The notes: a model not told the origin generated them from the letters alone. Numbered from the stretch's first letter, positions 36,496-49,363 are shown. The stretch is DNA of 64,000 nucleotides from Octopus sinensis (GCF_006345805.1 NC_043010.1:4712001-4776000); one strand, 5' to 3'. Translations and numbers: made by a program.

Positions 36496-36735
36496 CATCA
36501 TCATCATTGTTTTAATGTCCACTTTCCATACTTGCATAGGTCACATAGAATTTTTTTTGAGGCTGATTTTCTATGGCCAGATGCCATTCCTGTCATGAAT
36601 CCCATCCTGTTTCCAAGAAAGGTAATATTTTCCCATGACCACAAATATTCTCATGGAAGATTGGAAATGAAGGATATTGGTCACATGACAGCGACACTTG
36701 TTTACAACTAAGCGATGTCAAGGCAAAAAAACAAT
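36496..36735 (-). mobile_element. Family G repeat with (GAT)n tail (homologue at about 34140-34345; fragment at about 49490-49600)
   Basis: Shared CCTGTTTCCAAG...CATGGAAGA..GGAAATGAA..GACACTTG..TACAACT..ATGTCAAGGCAAA. Confidence 0.7.
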
Positions 36736-36942
36736 AATACACAAACACACTCACAACACACACACCACACACACACACACACGTACACACACACGTACAC
36801 ACACACACACACATACAAACATGGAGGTGTTCACTTCTGTTTTTGATTTTAAATTCTTCCTGAGGAAAGAGTTAGTTTCTAACAAGGATACAAAGCTCCA
36901 TTGTTTGAAAGAAGATAATGTAAACAATATGTTTTAAATTTG

Positions 36943-37122
36943 CGAACAGGAGTGGCTGTGTGGTAAGTAGCTTGCTTACCAACCACATGGTTCCAGGTTC
37001 AATCCCACTGCGTGGCATCTTGGGCAAGTGTCATCTACGATAGCCTTGGGTCGACCAATGCCTTGTGAGTGGATTTGGTAGACGGAAACTGAAAGAAGGC
37101 CTGTCGTATATATATATATATA

Positions 37123-37156
<34 letters not shown>

Positions 37157-37366
37157 TTGTGTGTCTGTGTTTGTCCCCCTAGCATTGCTTGACAACCGAT
37201 GTGCTGGGTGTTTACGTCCCTGTCACTTAGCGGTTCGGCAAAGAGGACCGATAGAATAATACTGGGCTTACAAAGAATAAGTTCGGGGTCGATTTGCTCG
37301 ACTAAAGGTGGTGCTCGAGCATGGCTGCAATCAAATGACTGAAACATGAAAAAAAAAAAAAAAGAG
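36943..37366 (+). mobile_element. SINE A
   Basis: Full copy. Confidence 0.9.
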
Positions 37367-37399
37367 AATCTTACATATTTTTACTGTTCAATTTACAGG

Positions 37400-37822
37400 T
37401 TGTATTTGTTATGTATGAATTAATTGGTTGATTTCTTTTTTCCAAAAACCCATACTTATCCAGGATTGTTACTTAGGCATTTACTCACAAAACCAAGTGG
37501 ACCAATTATTATTGGTATAAATTTGAATTTATTATCTGAATATAGAAGATGAAGGCTTAAAAACAGTTGTACATAGTGATCCTCTTTCTCTTTGGTATTC
37601 AAAGAGCTATTCAAATCATCAGGACAGCTGACCTCTATGATGTTGCACACTTTTATTTGTCTGTCCCAAACACTGTCCAGCCTGTAATGTTTATACTTGA
37701 CGGATGTTTTGATGGCAATTTTCCATCAGTATTCCTTATGTTGATGTTTCTCTGTATTTATACCAAGACTGTCTTTCTCCTGAATTGCATTTCATATTGT
37801 TTTTGTGACAATATCATGTTGC
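37400..37822 (-). mobile_element. Degenerate RLE-type non-LTR retrotransposon relic
   Basis: QHDIVTKTI*NAI, KEY*WKIAIKTS, CNIIEVSCPDD...KEKEDHY...FIPIIIGPLG, with stops and frameshifts. Confidence 0.65.
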
Positions 37823-37943
37823 ATATATATGTATGCGTGTATATGTGTATATGTGTGTATGTATGTATGTATGTGTGTATGTATGTATGTATGTATGTAT
37901 GTATGTATGTATGTATGTATGTATGTATGTATGTATGTATGTA

Positions 37944-38195
37944 TGTCGGGCATGTGGAAGAGAGTGTAATTCGGCAGGAGGACTTAAACGACATGCAAAG
38001 GTACATGAAGCCCAGTTACAACTACAGCCAGCTATTACCAGTAAAGGTTTTAGTTGCCAATTTTGTACAAGACATTGTAGATCTTTAGCTGGGCTAAAAA
38101 GTCACATTCAATCACAGCACCAGTAACAGTTAAGCTTTGTGCAATGGCCATACTCGATAACGAGGGGGCAGCCATAATATGTATGTATGTATGTA
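37944..38195 (+). mobile_element. RTE-like LINE 3' end with two C2H2-type fingers and (TATG)n tail
   Basis: CRACGRECNSAGGLKRHAKVH...CQFCTRHCRSLAGLKSHIQSQH*, short 3'UTR ending CTCGATAACGAGGGGGCAGCCAT, inserted in (TATG)n. Confidence 0.7.
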
Positions 38196-38429
38196 CAATG
38201 GGAATTTTTTTCAATTTCTTTCTCCTAAATTCTCTTGCAAAGCTTCAGTTGGCCCTGGGCTGGAGTTGAAAAGTCTTGCTCAAGGTGCTATGCACTAAAC
38301 TTTAGACATATTACATCAGACATGCATCAATTTATATGAACAGCAATTTTACAAATATCCAATAGGTAGTGGACATTTGTAAAATGTCCATCACCTGATT
38401 TAACCCCAGCAACTGGGCTTTGAAGTTTT

Positions 38430-39100
38430 AAAAGGCGTTCAATTAAAACTCCAAAATTAGAAAAAGAAAAATCTTTCTTTTTGCAAAATGGAAGGGGAGT
38501 TGGGAGGTCTCTGCTGAACTTGATGGCAAATATCATTTCCCACTTTTTGCCCCTACAAAACCTGACCTTGTCATATGGTTCAAATACAGAAGGTATAAGA
38601 ATGGTTGAGCTGAGAGTTCCTTCGAAAGTAAGCCTCTGCAGGAAAGCCAGAAAATACAGTAGGTTAGTTGAACCCTTTGTAAACAATGGATTGGAAACAA
38701 TATGTCTTTCTATCGAGAGGAAGATGTAAGAAGATTTGTTAGAACAAGGGATCATTCACTGTTCAGGAGTCTTGGAGGAGCTGTGATGGAAGCAAAAGAT
38801 GTTGCCAGAATATTGACAGAAGCTGCTGAGAAAACTAACCATTACATTTGGCTCAGAAGAGAGGACAAGTGCTGCTGCAAGAACATTGATGATAATAGGG
38901 ACATCTGACACAGAGCTGCAACATCTAACTCAATAAAGCTTATACTGTTGAGTGGGAGTTTGGTCACCTACATCAATTTGTGTCCCCCACCCACCAGACA
39001 GCTCTGGTGCTATGATGGGAGGGGACAAAACACCTACGAAGCTGCTTTTCTACCTGATGAGACATTCTCCTGTATTCAGAGATGGAGTACAGCAGCACAC
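38430..39100 (+). mobile_element. HERO/NeSL-like RLE non-LTR retrotransposon relic
   Basis: WEVSAELDGKYHFP..TKPDLVIW, MVELRVP, RKARKYSRLV, CLSIE, TEAAEKTNHYIWLRRED, spread across frameshifts. Confidence 0.7.
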
Positions 39101-39678
39101 CCAGCACACATGTATATATATACCCTAAATGTTCTTTTAATAAATTCACGCATTCACTATTATCATGTCATTTTAGTAGACACACAATCACCACATCAAA
39201 CTGTTTAGATGAACTCACAAACACAAAAGCTCACAAATGTATTTACTAATAGAAACATACTATTCAAAAATCAAATGAAAACCACCAAGCTATACAATGC
39301 TTCTCCAACAGAGAGGCAAAAGCATTTAAACATGCCAACATATATGTACATTCATGTTTGTGCATACACATCCACCATCTTGTTAAATGAATGCAGCAAC
39401 CCCACATACACAATAACTAATTATTCTTTATCAAACACAATGCTTTACATCCATATTTGAATAACAATTAACATGTGAAGATGGAATAATTGACCATATA
39501 TTGAAGTTACCTGAAGAGCCTGTTAATAGCGAAACTAATTGTTGTAATGTAATGTAATATAAAAGCTGGACATTATAACTATTAATATAAATGTATGCGC
39601 ATATGTGTGTCATTTAGTATGAACAAGTATACATGCTTAGATATGTGTGCATATCTTCATGTGCACATAAACACACAT

Positions 39679-39709
<31 letters not shown>

Positions 39710-39994
39710 CATTACACAAATACATGTGTGCGTGCTCACGCACACCTTCACTGAAGTACAATAACAAATTTTGCAAAAATTGCTTCATTTTGGCACAGAT
39801 TAAGTTTGTGTTTATTTAATATATACATCCCAAATCTCATTAACCCTTTCCTGCACATTTATGTGAGAATATATGTATTTCTATACGTTTCCATATACAT
39901 ACATATACAGTCTCTCACATTCATACACTTGCAGGTAAACACATACATGCTCATACACAGGCATATATATATGTGTGTGTGTGTGTATATACAT

Positions 39995-40034
<40 letters not shown>

Positions 40035-40318
40035 GTTTATATATATATATGTACATATACAGACATGTGTGTTTGTGTGTGTGTGAATGTGTAGATAGTT
40101 AAAGAGACTCATGTATAGTGGGTATGCATTGGCGTTTATATTACAGAACGCATATGTTTACATATGTATAAGTACACATATAAGCTGTTACATATCTTTG
40201 CATATATGCATACACTGTGTGTATGTAAATACATACACACATATATATATATATATATAATAAACACACATTTATTTATACATGTATGTATGTGCATATA
40301 TCTATATATATCTATAAC

Positions 40319-40356
<38 letters not shown>

Positions 40357-41074
40357 TATATTATATATTATATATATATATACACACAGGAATGTATATG
40401 TTTATATGTTTTTATATATGTATCCATACACAGACACATATTATAATTCTTTGCTGATGCAATTTGTATTGGGAAAATGGGAGATTTTCGCGTTCAGTTA
40501 AATTTATGAATTAAAAATCTAATAGAAAGTAATTTCCACTGCGAAAATAAAAATTTAATTGAAAATAAGTTATAGCGCTTTCTTCAAAGGATATCTGATA
40601 TTGCTACTATTTTGCAAAGTTTAATATCCCAGATTCATTTTCCCAAAGGACTGTATTAATCTATATATTCATTTCATGACATAAACATCCATAAACTCCT
40701 CGCTTCTAGTTCAAGATCGAAGCAAAGTCAATATTTACCAATAAAGAGTGTGCGTGCGTATGGTATGGTATGGCATGGGTGCCATGTATATGTATATACG
40801 GTTATGTGTGTATATATGTATGTGTATGTGTGTGTAGAAAAAATAATGGGGTGGGTTTAGATTAGAAACATGAAATGTAATGTAAAAGAAATAATAATAT
40901 GAAGTAAAATAAAATAAGGAAATAAATAAGGAATAAAAGTCAGGAAGAGGGAAAGAAAAAGCGAAAGAAGAGGAAGGGGAAGTGGAATTAAAAAAGAGGA
41001 AACATACACACGTGTGTATACGTGCATACATGAACACATACACACACATAATACTTATACACACACACACACAC

Positions 41075-41124
<50 letters not shown>

Positions 41125-41410
41125 AGAAAAGGGAAAGCAGGAAGTGATTTAGAGAGAGGATAAACAGTAGAAGGCAAACAAGGAAATGGAGAAGGAAACA
41201 ATAGGTGTGTGTGTTTGTTTGTGTGTGTGTGGATTATTGGTTGGATAGAGGCATGGATGGAAGATCAGAGAGAGACAGACTGGCAAGCAGATAAATAGAT
41301 AGATAGATACAATAGATACATATATGCATGCATACATACATACCTACATACATACATACATACATATATATATTATTTATAAATATATATATATAAATAT
41401 ATATTTATAA

Positions 41411-41448
<38 letters not shown>

Positions 41449-41449
<1 letters not shown>

Positions 41450-41586
41450 ATTTCTTTACTACCCACAAGGGGCTAAACATAGAGAGGACAAATAAGGAGA
41501 GACAAAGGATTAAGTCGATTACATCAACCCCAGTGCAAAACTGGTACTTTATTTATCGACCCTGAAAGGATGAAAGGCAAAGTCGA
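41449..41586 (-). mobile_element. SINE D 3' half
   Basis: CCCACAAGGGGCTAAACATAGAG...GAAAGGCAAAGTCGAC. Confidence 0.75.
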
Positions 41587-41598
41587 CATACACATATA

Positions 41599-41638
<40 letters not shown>

Positions 41639-42754
41639 CATACATACACATATATACACATATATTGATATATGTATGTATGTATGCATCCATGTATGTA
41701 TGTATGTAAGTATGTATGTATGTGTGTATGTATGTATGTATGTATGTATGTATGTATGTATGTATGTATGTATGTATTGTATGTATGTATGTATGTGTGC
41801 CTGTGTAAATAAATGCACAAAGAGAGGAAAAGTAAGAAATATCAGTGTACCTAATGATTATATTAATTTCGTTTTACAAGCCACTAGAAAATAGATTTTT
41901 TTGCTAAAACTGAACGAATTTTAGTCCAGTATATTACAGGTAATAATTTCATGGAGTCATGAGGCAAAGTAGCCATGAATCTCATAGTTGAGATCAAAAT
42001 CTGTAAGCTTACAATATGTAAACATTCTTCTTTTACACTCAGCTCATGTCCTAAATATTAGATAAGCACCATGGACATTAGTTAAGTATCAAAGACAGAT
42101 GTTCAGAAGGGAGATCAAACTTAGTCTCCGGTCTCAGCTCAGTGAAATTGTCACTTTATTTTGATATTCTAGTCCACCTTTTTTAAAAAATATCCATCTT
42201 CATTTGACCAACCACAACGCTGTTTTCTTTTTTAAGTCTTCTCATGAAGGCTCATGGCATGGTGGTTTATGTGCAAAGCTTCTAATTGTAAGGTAGTAAG
42301 TTCAATCCTTGATCAAATGCAGCATGAGGCATCCTTGAGCAAGGTATTTCATTTCACTCTGCTTTAATCCATTCAGCTGACTGTGAGTGCCAAATGACAA
42401 CTGGTGGGGGTGGGGCATAACACCATGACTGGCCATCATGTCATGGTGATAAAACCCCACCCCACTATCAGTGGGACTCACTTGTACTCTCAGTTGCTTA
42501 ATCACCAAGGAAACGGGGGGAAAAAACTCTGACATAACTGACTTGTAGGCTTCAGACAGACGTCAACTATTTTAACTTCTCAGATTATTTTATTTGTTTG
42601 TTTTAAATTCTTTTACTTGTTTCAGTCATTTTGACTGTGGCCAGGCTGGAGCACTGCCTGTTTATTACTTTTAAAAAGTCATGAAAATTGCCCTTCCTAC
42701 TGATATCTGCAAATGGCAAAAAAATACCCCAGAAATTATTAACATAGAGTATAT

Positions 42755-42912
42755 GTCTCTTTATTACCCACAAGGGGCTAAACATAGAGGGGACAGACAA
42801 ACGAATTAAGTCGATTACATCGACCCCGGTGTGTAACTGGTACTTAATTTATCGACCCCGAAAGGATGAAAGGCAAAGTCAACCTCGGCAGAATTTGAAC
42901 TCAAGAACGTAA
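42755..42912 (-). mobile_element. SINE D, head-truncated
   Basis: Same diagnostic blocks. Confidence 0.75.
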
Positions 42913-43019
42913 CAAAAAATTCTTCAAGGCATGGCTGCAGTTTAAATGAGTGAAACAAGTAAAAAATTTTTGTTGACTGAATTTACCCTTCTACTTATTC
43001 AATTTTTCTTTTTTGTTAA

Positions 43020-43146
43020 GCATGGTATTTATTCTTTAGGTTTCTTTTGCCAAATCTCTAAGTTATGGGGACATAAACACACCAGCTCTGGTTGTCATAC
43101 AGTGTTGGGGTACAAACACAGATACAAAGACATACATATATATACA

Positions 43147-43188
<42 letters not shown>

Positions 43189-43437
43189 ATGTGTGTATGT
43201 ATATATATATATATATTATATATATATATATACATACATATATATATATATATATGTATGCATATATATTATATACACACACAACAAAACATCTTTCAGT
43301 TTCCATCTACTTAATCCACTCACAAGGCTTCAGTTGGCCCAGGACTATATTAGAAGACACTTGGCCACTTTACCATGTAGCATGACTGAACCTGAAACCT
43401 TGTGGTTGGGAAGCAAGCTTCTTACAACTCAGCCATG
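43020..43437 (-). mobile_element. SINE A, degenerate
   Basis: Diverged head and body. Confidence 0.65.
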
Positions 43438-44175
43438 CTTTGTTTTTTTGTTTTTTTTCCTTTGAACAGGAATTATATTCCTTGGACTTCATTATCAATT
43501 GTGTTCCTCTTTATTTCTTAGACTATCAGGTGTTCTTCTTTGGGGGATAATTTGACCGCTATTTCTAGCAAGTGAAGTAAAAAATCAATGGCATGTTCAC
43601 TTCATAAATAAAATTCTTATTGGCTCATATTGGAAGTGATCTTGTTGAGCTTTAGCAGTATTATGTATTATTAAATGTAATGTTGACATTAGCTGAATGT
43701 TCAACTAGAGAAAAATGTTAAAAGCAAAGAAACAAAAATACTACACGGCACATATTTTTAATGTTATGCTACGTCCTTTGACTCACACACTGCCCTCACC
43801 TATCTTCAATAATATTAATGAAATCATAAATCTAAAAAAACAACAACAACTATTACAACAACAACAACAAAAAAAAACAATAGCAAAAAAGGAAAAAACA
43901 AAACAAAACAAACCAAACGAAACGGCTAGAAAAATAAAAATATCTGTAGCAAACTTAACATGGTCTTATTGGATTATAATCTGGTAACATCTGTATCAAT
44001 AAATCAAAATTTGATATGCCAAGTTAAAGAGAAGTGAAATTAAACCCATATTTCACAGGTTGTATACGGTTACTGCTTCTATTCTTGAATTGAATTTCAA
44101 ATGTGGTCTGAATAAACTTTGCGACAAGGGAAGGTGGTGATGGTGGTGGTGGTGGAGTGAGAGAAAAGGGAGGGA

Positions 44176-44275
44176 NNNNNNNNNNNNNNNNNNNNNNNNN
44201 NNNNNNNNNNNNNNNNNNNNNNNNNNNNNNNNNNNNNNNNNNNNNNNNNNNNNNNNNNNNNNNNNNNNNNNNNNN
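44176..44275. other. Assembly gap (100 N)
   Basis: Run of N; the true size is unknown. Confidence 1.
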
Positions 44276-44641
44276 GCTAAGTTGAATCTATTTAAGGCTA
44301 CAATATTGACTAGCAACAGACTCAGTAACTCTGGTAGATATTTCTTCATAATTGTTATACATTATTTGGATAATTGGTAAACTTATAAACATATTTAAAA
44401 GATGTTTAAAAACACTTGTCTTTCTTCAGGAAAAATTTATACATTTTCTAGTTAAGTGTTCTTTTTGAAAATAAGAGAGCCAAACATATTACTAAATAAA
44501 TCTTAGTCATACTTACTAATTTAAACTAGTAACAATTCCACTTATTGTGTAGCTCTTGTGTTTTTTTCTTCTTTACAAGTCCTATAGAAGTGACTAAAAA
44601 AAAAACAAAATAAATTCAGAAATAGCAGACAGTAAACTCAC

Positions 44642-44905
44642 CGTTGCTGTTAAATCTTTCTCAGTGTAACAGCGTTGACTGAGATGTGTATCCTGCTGTA
44701 GAGTTGTACAGTCACTGCTGCTGATGAATGCAAGCTGTATTATGTATCTTGGTCTGTGTTGTTGTGTGAATATGAGAGAGTGAGAGAGAAAGAGAGTGAA
44801 TGAATGAGTGAGAAAGTGAGAAATCAAGAGGGAGCTGTATAGAAAGGAAGAGAGAGGGGTCTGCTGTCTTATCAAGAATGCTATATCTGTTATAGCCAAT
44901 GACAG
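44642..44905 (-). promoter_or_regulatory. Candidate promoter and non-coding first exon (possibly of the protocadherin)
   Basis: Donor CAACG|GTGAGT at 44642/44641. About 190 nt with no ATG on the minus strand. GA/CT-rich tract, CCAAT box AGCCAATGA at 44894-44902, in a SINE-free region (about 43450-45390). Confidence 0.4.
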
Positions 44906-45950
44906 ACTGTTTATGGTTCCCATAGAAGAAGAAAAATGGAAACTCTGCCTAGGATTCTTATAGTGTGTACAAGTAAACCTAACGAAGGCCTGAATCACTC
45001 ACAGTTCCATTAACTTACTCACCTATAATTATGTTATAGATTTATAAAAATCTCTAATTTAGTCCCGATAAAAAGTCCACTAATTATGGAGTAAAATGTC
45101 TCTTCTTATAATTAGAGGTAAACGACATTTAGAAAGTAGCTTTTGATGCAAAAATCAAAGATATGGCTATAGGAATCAGTTTAATTGAAGTAACATATTG
45201 TTATTTATTCTATATTTTAAAAAAAAGTCTAGTCTTTGAGAAGTGGAAGTGGAGGTATTAAAATGAGCTTCAGTTTTACAATGGTTTTTCCAAATTATCT
45301 ATGGCAGTGGTCTTGGGAGACAGAAGCTGATTTAATCTGAATCTAAGTTAGGGAATATAATTCTATGGTACCTCTTATTTCTTCATTTAATGTGTTTGCC
45401 TGTAATTTGTGTGCCATATATATATATATATATATATAATATATATATATATATCATGATGTATTATTCTTATCTATCTGTCTGTATGCATGCATGTATG
45501 TATGTATGTATGTATGTATGCATGTATGTATGTATGTATGTATGTTTGTATGTATGTAGGTATGTATGTATGTATGTATGTATGTACGTACGTATGTATG
45601 TATGTATGTATGTATGTATGTATGTATGTATGCATGTATGCATGTATGTATAAGGCTTCTTTAAATTGAAATCCTTTCTCATGACTTCAACGTTTCACAA
45701 TGCTGCGATCATCAAGTGATGTTGGCAGGCTGTGTAATTTGAGTCACAAGAAAGGGATACATATTAACTGAACTGTTCTCCACAACTTGCATTGAGCACA
45801 CTTTCCTTTATTTGTTAACACAAGGCAACATTTAACTAGCATATACACAGCTGTTATATATATATGCGTGTGTCTGTGTGTGTTATACATATTTATTTAG
45901 CATATAAATATCTATGTAACATACATACATGCACAAATATATATATATAT

Positions 45951-46092
45951 TGGCGTTAGGAAGGGCATCCAGCTGTAGAAACACTGCCAGATCAGACTGG
46001 AGCCTGGTGCAGCCTTCTAGCTTCCCAGATCCCCGGTCGAACCGTCCAACCCATGCTAGCATGGAGAACGGACGCTAAATGATGATGATGAT
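45951..46092 (+). mobile_element. Element E, 5'-truncated
   Basis: TGGCGTTAGGAAGGGCATCC...GGACGCTAAATGATGATG. Confidence 0.8.
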
Positions 46093-46329
46093 ATATATAC
46101 ATATATATATATACATATATATATATACATATATATATATATATGAATATGTATAAACGTGTGTTTGTGTTGATCAGTTTTATTAGACCAAATGTAATGA
46201 AGACCCAATTTTCAATGTCATTGAACTTTGAGGTTCATTCACCATTTATTCCTAGAATTAGTGTTTTTTTTGATAAATTGTACTAACACATTGTATAGTG
46301 ACTGACTCTGACTGATCCCCATTCTAAAC

Positions 46330-47340
46330 CCGTTCGCGTGCCAAGAATTTTTTGTTTCCTTCTATATGCCATCACCTCCAACAGCACCCACTCTTATGCA
46401 GATGACACAACTCTATCTTCCTGCCTTACCGTTTGCACCAAGCATCATCCATATGCCAGGCCTACAAAGAGTATGCCATTCAAGAGATACTTTGATCTGA
46501 AAGCTGCTGATCCAAGGAAGGGGTACTAGTAGCTATTCTACTGGGTACCTCCGTAAAACCTCAGAGTCCCTTGAATTTTGAGATTTCTCCACATTCTGAG
46601 GCCAAATACACCTTTGTGCCACCTTGTCTAATTTCTCTTGGAGGCCCTTTCCAAATGTACTGAAGATACTTCATGTAAAATCTGTACAGACTCCATGAGT
46701 AGAACCTTCAATAATATTTATTCTCCAGTGGGGTAATGCTAGTTTTGCTTCTTTCAACAGCAGAAAGACATTATCACTGCACAGATCAAGAAAACACTAT
46801 CACATTGCAGATACACACCTCGTATGCCCACTTTACCTCCTAAACCTGTTCACTGCAAATGGTTAGGCTTACTATTACTGAAGAGTTCCACTAATGAATA
46901 ACAATACTCAACATTGCAATGACTACATTTCCAAAACTGACTTCTCTCTACAGACCCAGGAAATATTTCAACTCATATCTCAGCTCATATACACAAAGCT
47001 ATTTACAAAGTCAGCTGAGACATACAACAGATTATTGTTTATGAAACAGAGCAACTTTTACACAGATATTCCAGATCACATTCTAAAGAATAGACACTTG
47101 ACCGATTTGGCAAAAAGTCACTCATCAATACACCCTAATGTCTGGCCCACAGGCATGCAGTTTTCTTTCTCTCTCTCTGATTTTTTGTTCTGTTATTACA
47201 GAGGCCTTGCTCCTTGGAGTTGGCTGTTCTTGTGAATCATCTACGTAGGCAAACCTGAGCCACTCGTCTCTTTTCTTCGTTCACCTCTACTATACACACA
47301 AACCCAATTTTGTAGACCTCATTGACTTACAACTATTCGA
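46330..47340 (+). mobile_element. Degenerate LINE reverse-transcriptase relic
   Basis: THSYADDTTL (YADD motif) at about 46387-46416. The downstream extent is approximate. Confidence 0.55.
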
Positions 47341-47479
47341 GAAGAATGTTAACAGCAATAATCTCATCAGTCTTGGAAGATACTGGAAAGCCATGGGAAC
47401 ATTCTGTTTGTGCAAACTAAACTACAGAAGATATATATATATATATTGCAGAAGATATATATATATATATATATATATA

Positions 47480-47888
47480 GGCGCAGAAGTGGCTGTGTGG
47501 TAAGTAGCTTGCTAACCAACCACATGGTTGCAGGTTCAGTCCCACTGCGTGGCATCTTGGGCAAGTGTCTTCTGCTATAGCCTCGGGCCGACCAAAGCCT
47601 TGTGAGTGGATTTGGTAGACGGAAACTGAAAGAAGCCTGTCGTATACATGTATATATATATTGTGATGTGTGGTGTGTGTTTGTGTATGTGTGTTGTCCC
47701 CCTAGCATGCTTGACAACCGATGCTGGTGTGTTTTTTACGTCCCCGTCACTTAGCGGTTGGCAAAAAGAGACCAATAGAATAAGTACTGGGCTACAAAGA
47801 ATAAGTCCCGGGTTGATTTGCTCGACTAAAGGCATTGCTCCAGCATGGCTGCAGTCAAATGACTGAAACAAGTAAAAGAGTAAAAGAG
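47480..47888 (+). mobile_element. SINE A
   Basis: Full copy. Confidence 0.9.
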
Positions 47889-48444
47889 TATATATATATA
47901 TGTATACACACACATGCACACACATATACATGCATACTTGCATACATACATATACTGAGAGAGAAACGTGCATGCAAACATATAAAGAACATATGTGTGT
48001 GTTTTATATATACATATGTGTTCATGTGTGTATGTATGTGTATAATTATACACACACATAACTGTATTTACATGTGGTAATATGTATATGTAAATTTACA
48101 TATATGTGTGTACATATATTATTTCTTCTTTCATTCTTTTGTTTTTACATCCATTTTCCCATGCTCGCATGAGTTTGATGAATATATGTTATTGTGGCAT
48201 TGCTTTATCACACATCAACTTTCTTCTCATTAACCTTTACCTGTTTTTCAAGTATGGAAGTTTTAATTCCACTAACCTTTGAAAGCAAAAGACAACTGGA
48301 CAATTTGTTTGAGCGGGAGATGCTAAAAGACAGCGATGTCTATGACTGAGTAATTCTTCATGTGATTACAGAAGGTAAAGCATCGGACACAAACAAGGAA
48401 AGCACATATGCACACACTCATACATTCATATCTAGATATACATG

Positions 48445-48670
48445 TATAGTCATGGCTGTGTGGTTAGAAATTTGGCCTCCCAACCATGTGGCCTTTGACT
48501 TAAGTTCCACTGCATGGCACCTTGTGTAAGTCTCTTCTGCTAGAGTCATATAGAAATTGAAAGAAACCTGTCCCCCTACACACACATGTGTGTATATACA
48601 TATATATATATATAGTATATATATACATATATATATACATATATATACACACACACACACATATATATAT
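48445..48670 (+). mobile_element. SINE A 5' half, upstream of the hammerhead inserts
   Basis: GGCTGTGTGGTT head...GAAAGAAACCTGTC, then (CA/TA)n. Confidence 0.65.
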
Positions 48671-48744
48671 AACTCGATACTGAGTAGAGGTGGTGCCTTC
48701 TGGTATCTCAAAATTCAATATATAATCATTTATGATTATAGTAT

Positions 48745-48849
48745 TCTACGCTGAAGAGAAAAGAAGTTCGGTAAGATAGAATTATTTATTATTTAATATT
48801 TAATTCTTATGCTTTCCTTAAAACTTGATTCGAAACGTACGTCCGTGGA
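48745..48849 (+). ncRNA. Type I hammerhead ribozyme fold, intact core, extended stem II
   Basis: Stem I TCTACG/CGTGGA, CTGAAGA core, stem II 48758-48831 closed by G-C, GAAA, palindromic stem III ACGTACGT, GTC cleavage triplet at 48841-48843. Confidence 0.75.
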
Positions 48850-49029
48850 TAACTAAAAAAATGTATGATAGATTGCAGTCATTCATTCTCTCTTACCTGT
48901 TTGTGTCTGCCTTCCAAATGCTGTTTTTACTGAGATCTCCCTTTTTAGTAGAAGAATAGCTATCACCTTTGACTGCATTTCTAAATTCGGTAGGTGTAGG
49001 CAACTCGTTTCTAAACCCTTATTGCTTAG

Positions 49030-49061
<32 letters not shown>

Positions 49062-49161
49062 GTTATCATATATATACACACACATGTTTATGTTACTTAA
49101 TTATCTACATTACTTCATGAGTATAGCCTCAACCACTAGATGTCTAGAGAACTCACATGTA

Positions 49162-49250
49162 TTTAGCTGAATGAGTTCACGGGACACGTTTATATGCTGC
49201 AATTTACAACTTTTAATAAGCCTGTCCTTGTATGAAACGATTGTACTAAA
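49162..49250 (+). ncRNA. Degenerate hammerhead-like fold with 8-nt core and extended stem II
   Basis: Stem I TTTAG/CTAAA, core CTGAATGA (one extra nt), GAAAC GATT GTA, internal GGGACA/TGTCCT pairing in stem II. Confidence 0.4.
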
Positions 49251-49297
49251 AACCTATCCATGTCCTTGTTGCTTCTTCTCGCGTATATATATATATC

Positions 49298-49362
<65 letters not shown>

Positions 49363-49363
49363 G

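Noticed and set aside
37833-38126. Possible host C2H2 zinc-finger gene
   Set aside because: It begins inside (TATG)n with no acceptor and ends in an RTE-like 3'UTR and tail; it is better explained as a LINE 3' end.
39054-39100. CTGATGA followed by a hairpin in the HERO-like 3'UTR
   Set aside because: There is no GAAA or stem III.
45682-45730. TTGATGA...GAAACGTT on the minus strand
   Set aside because: It needs two indels to form stem I, and stem II is poor; at best a very decayed relic.
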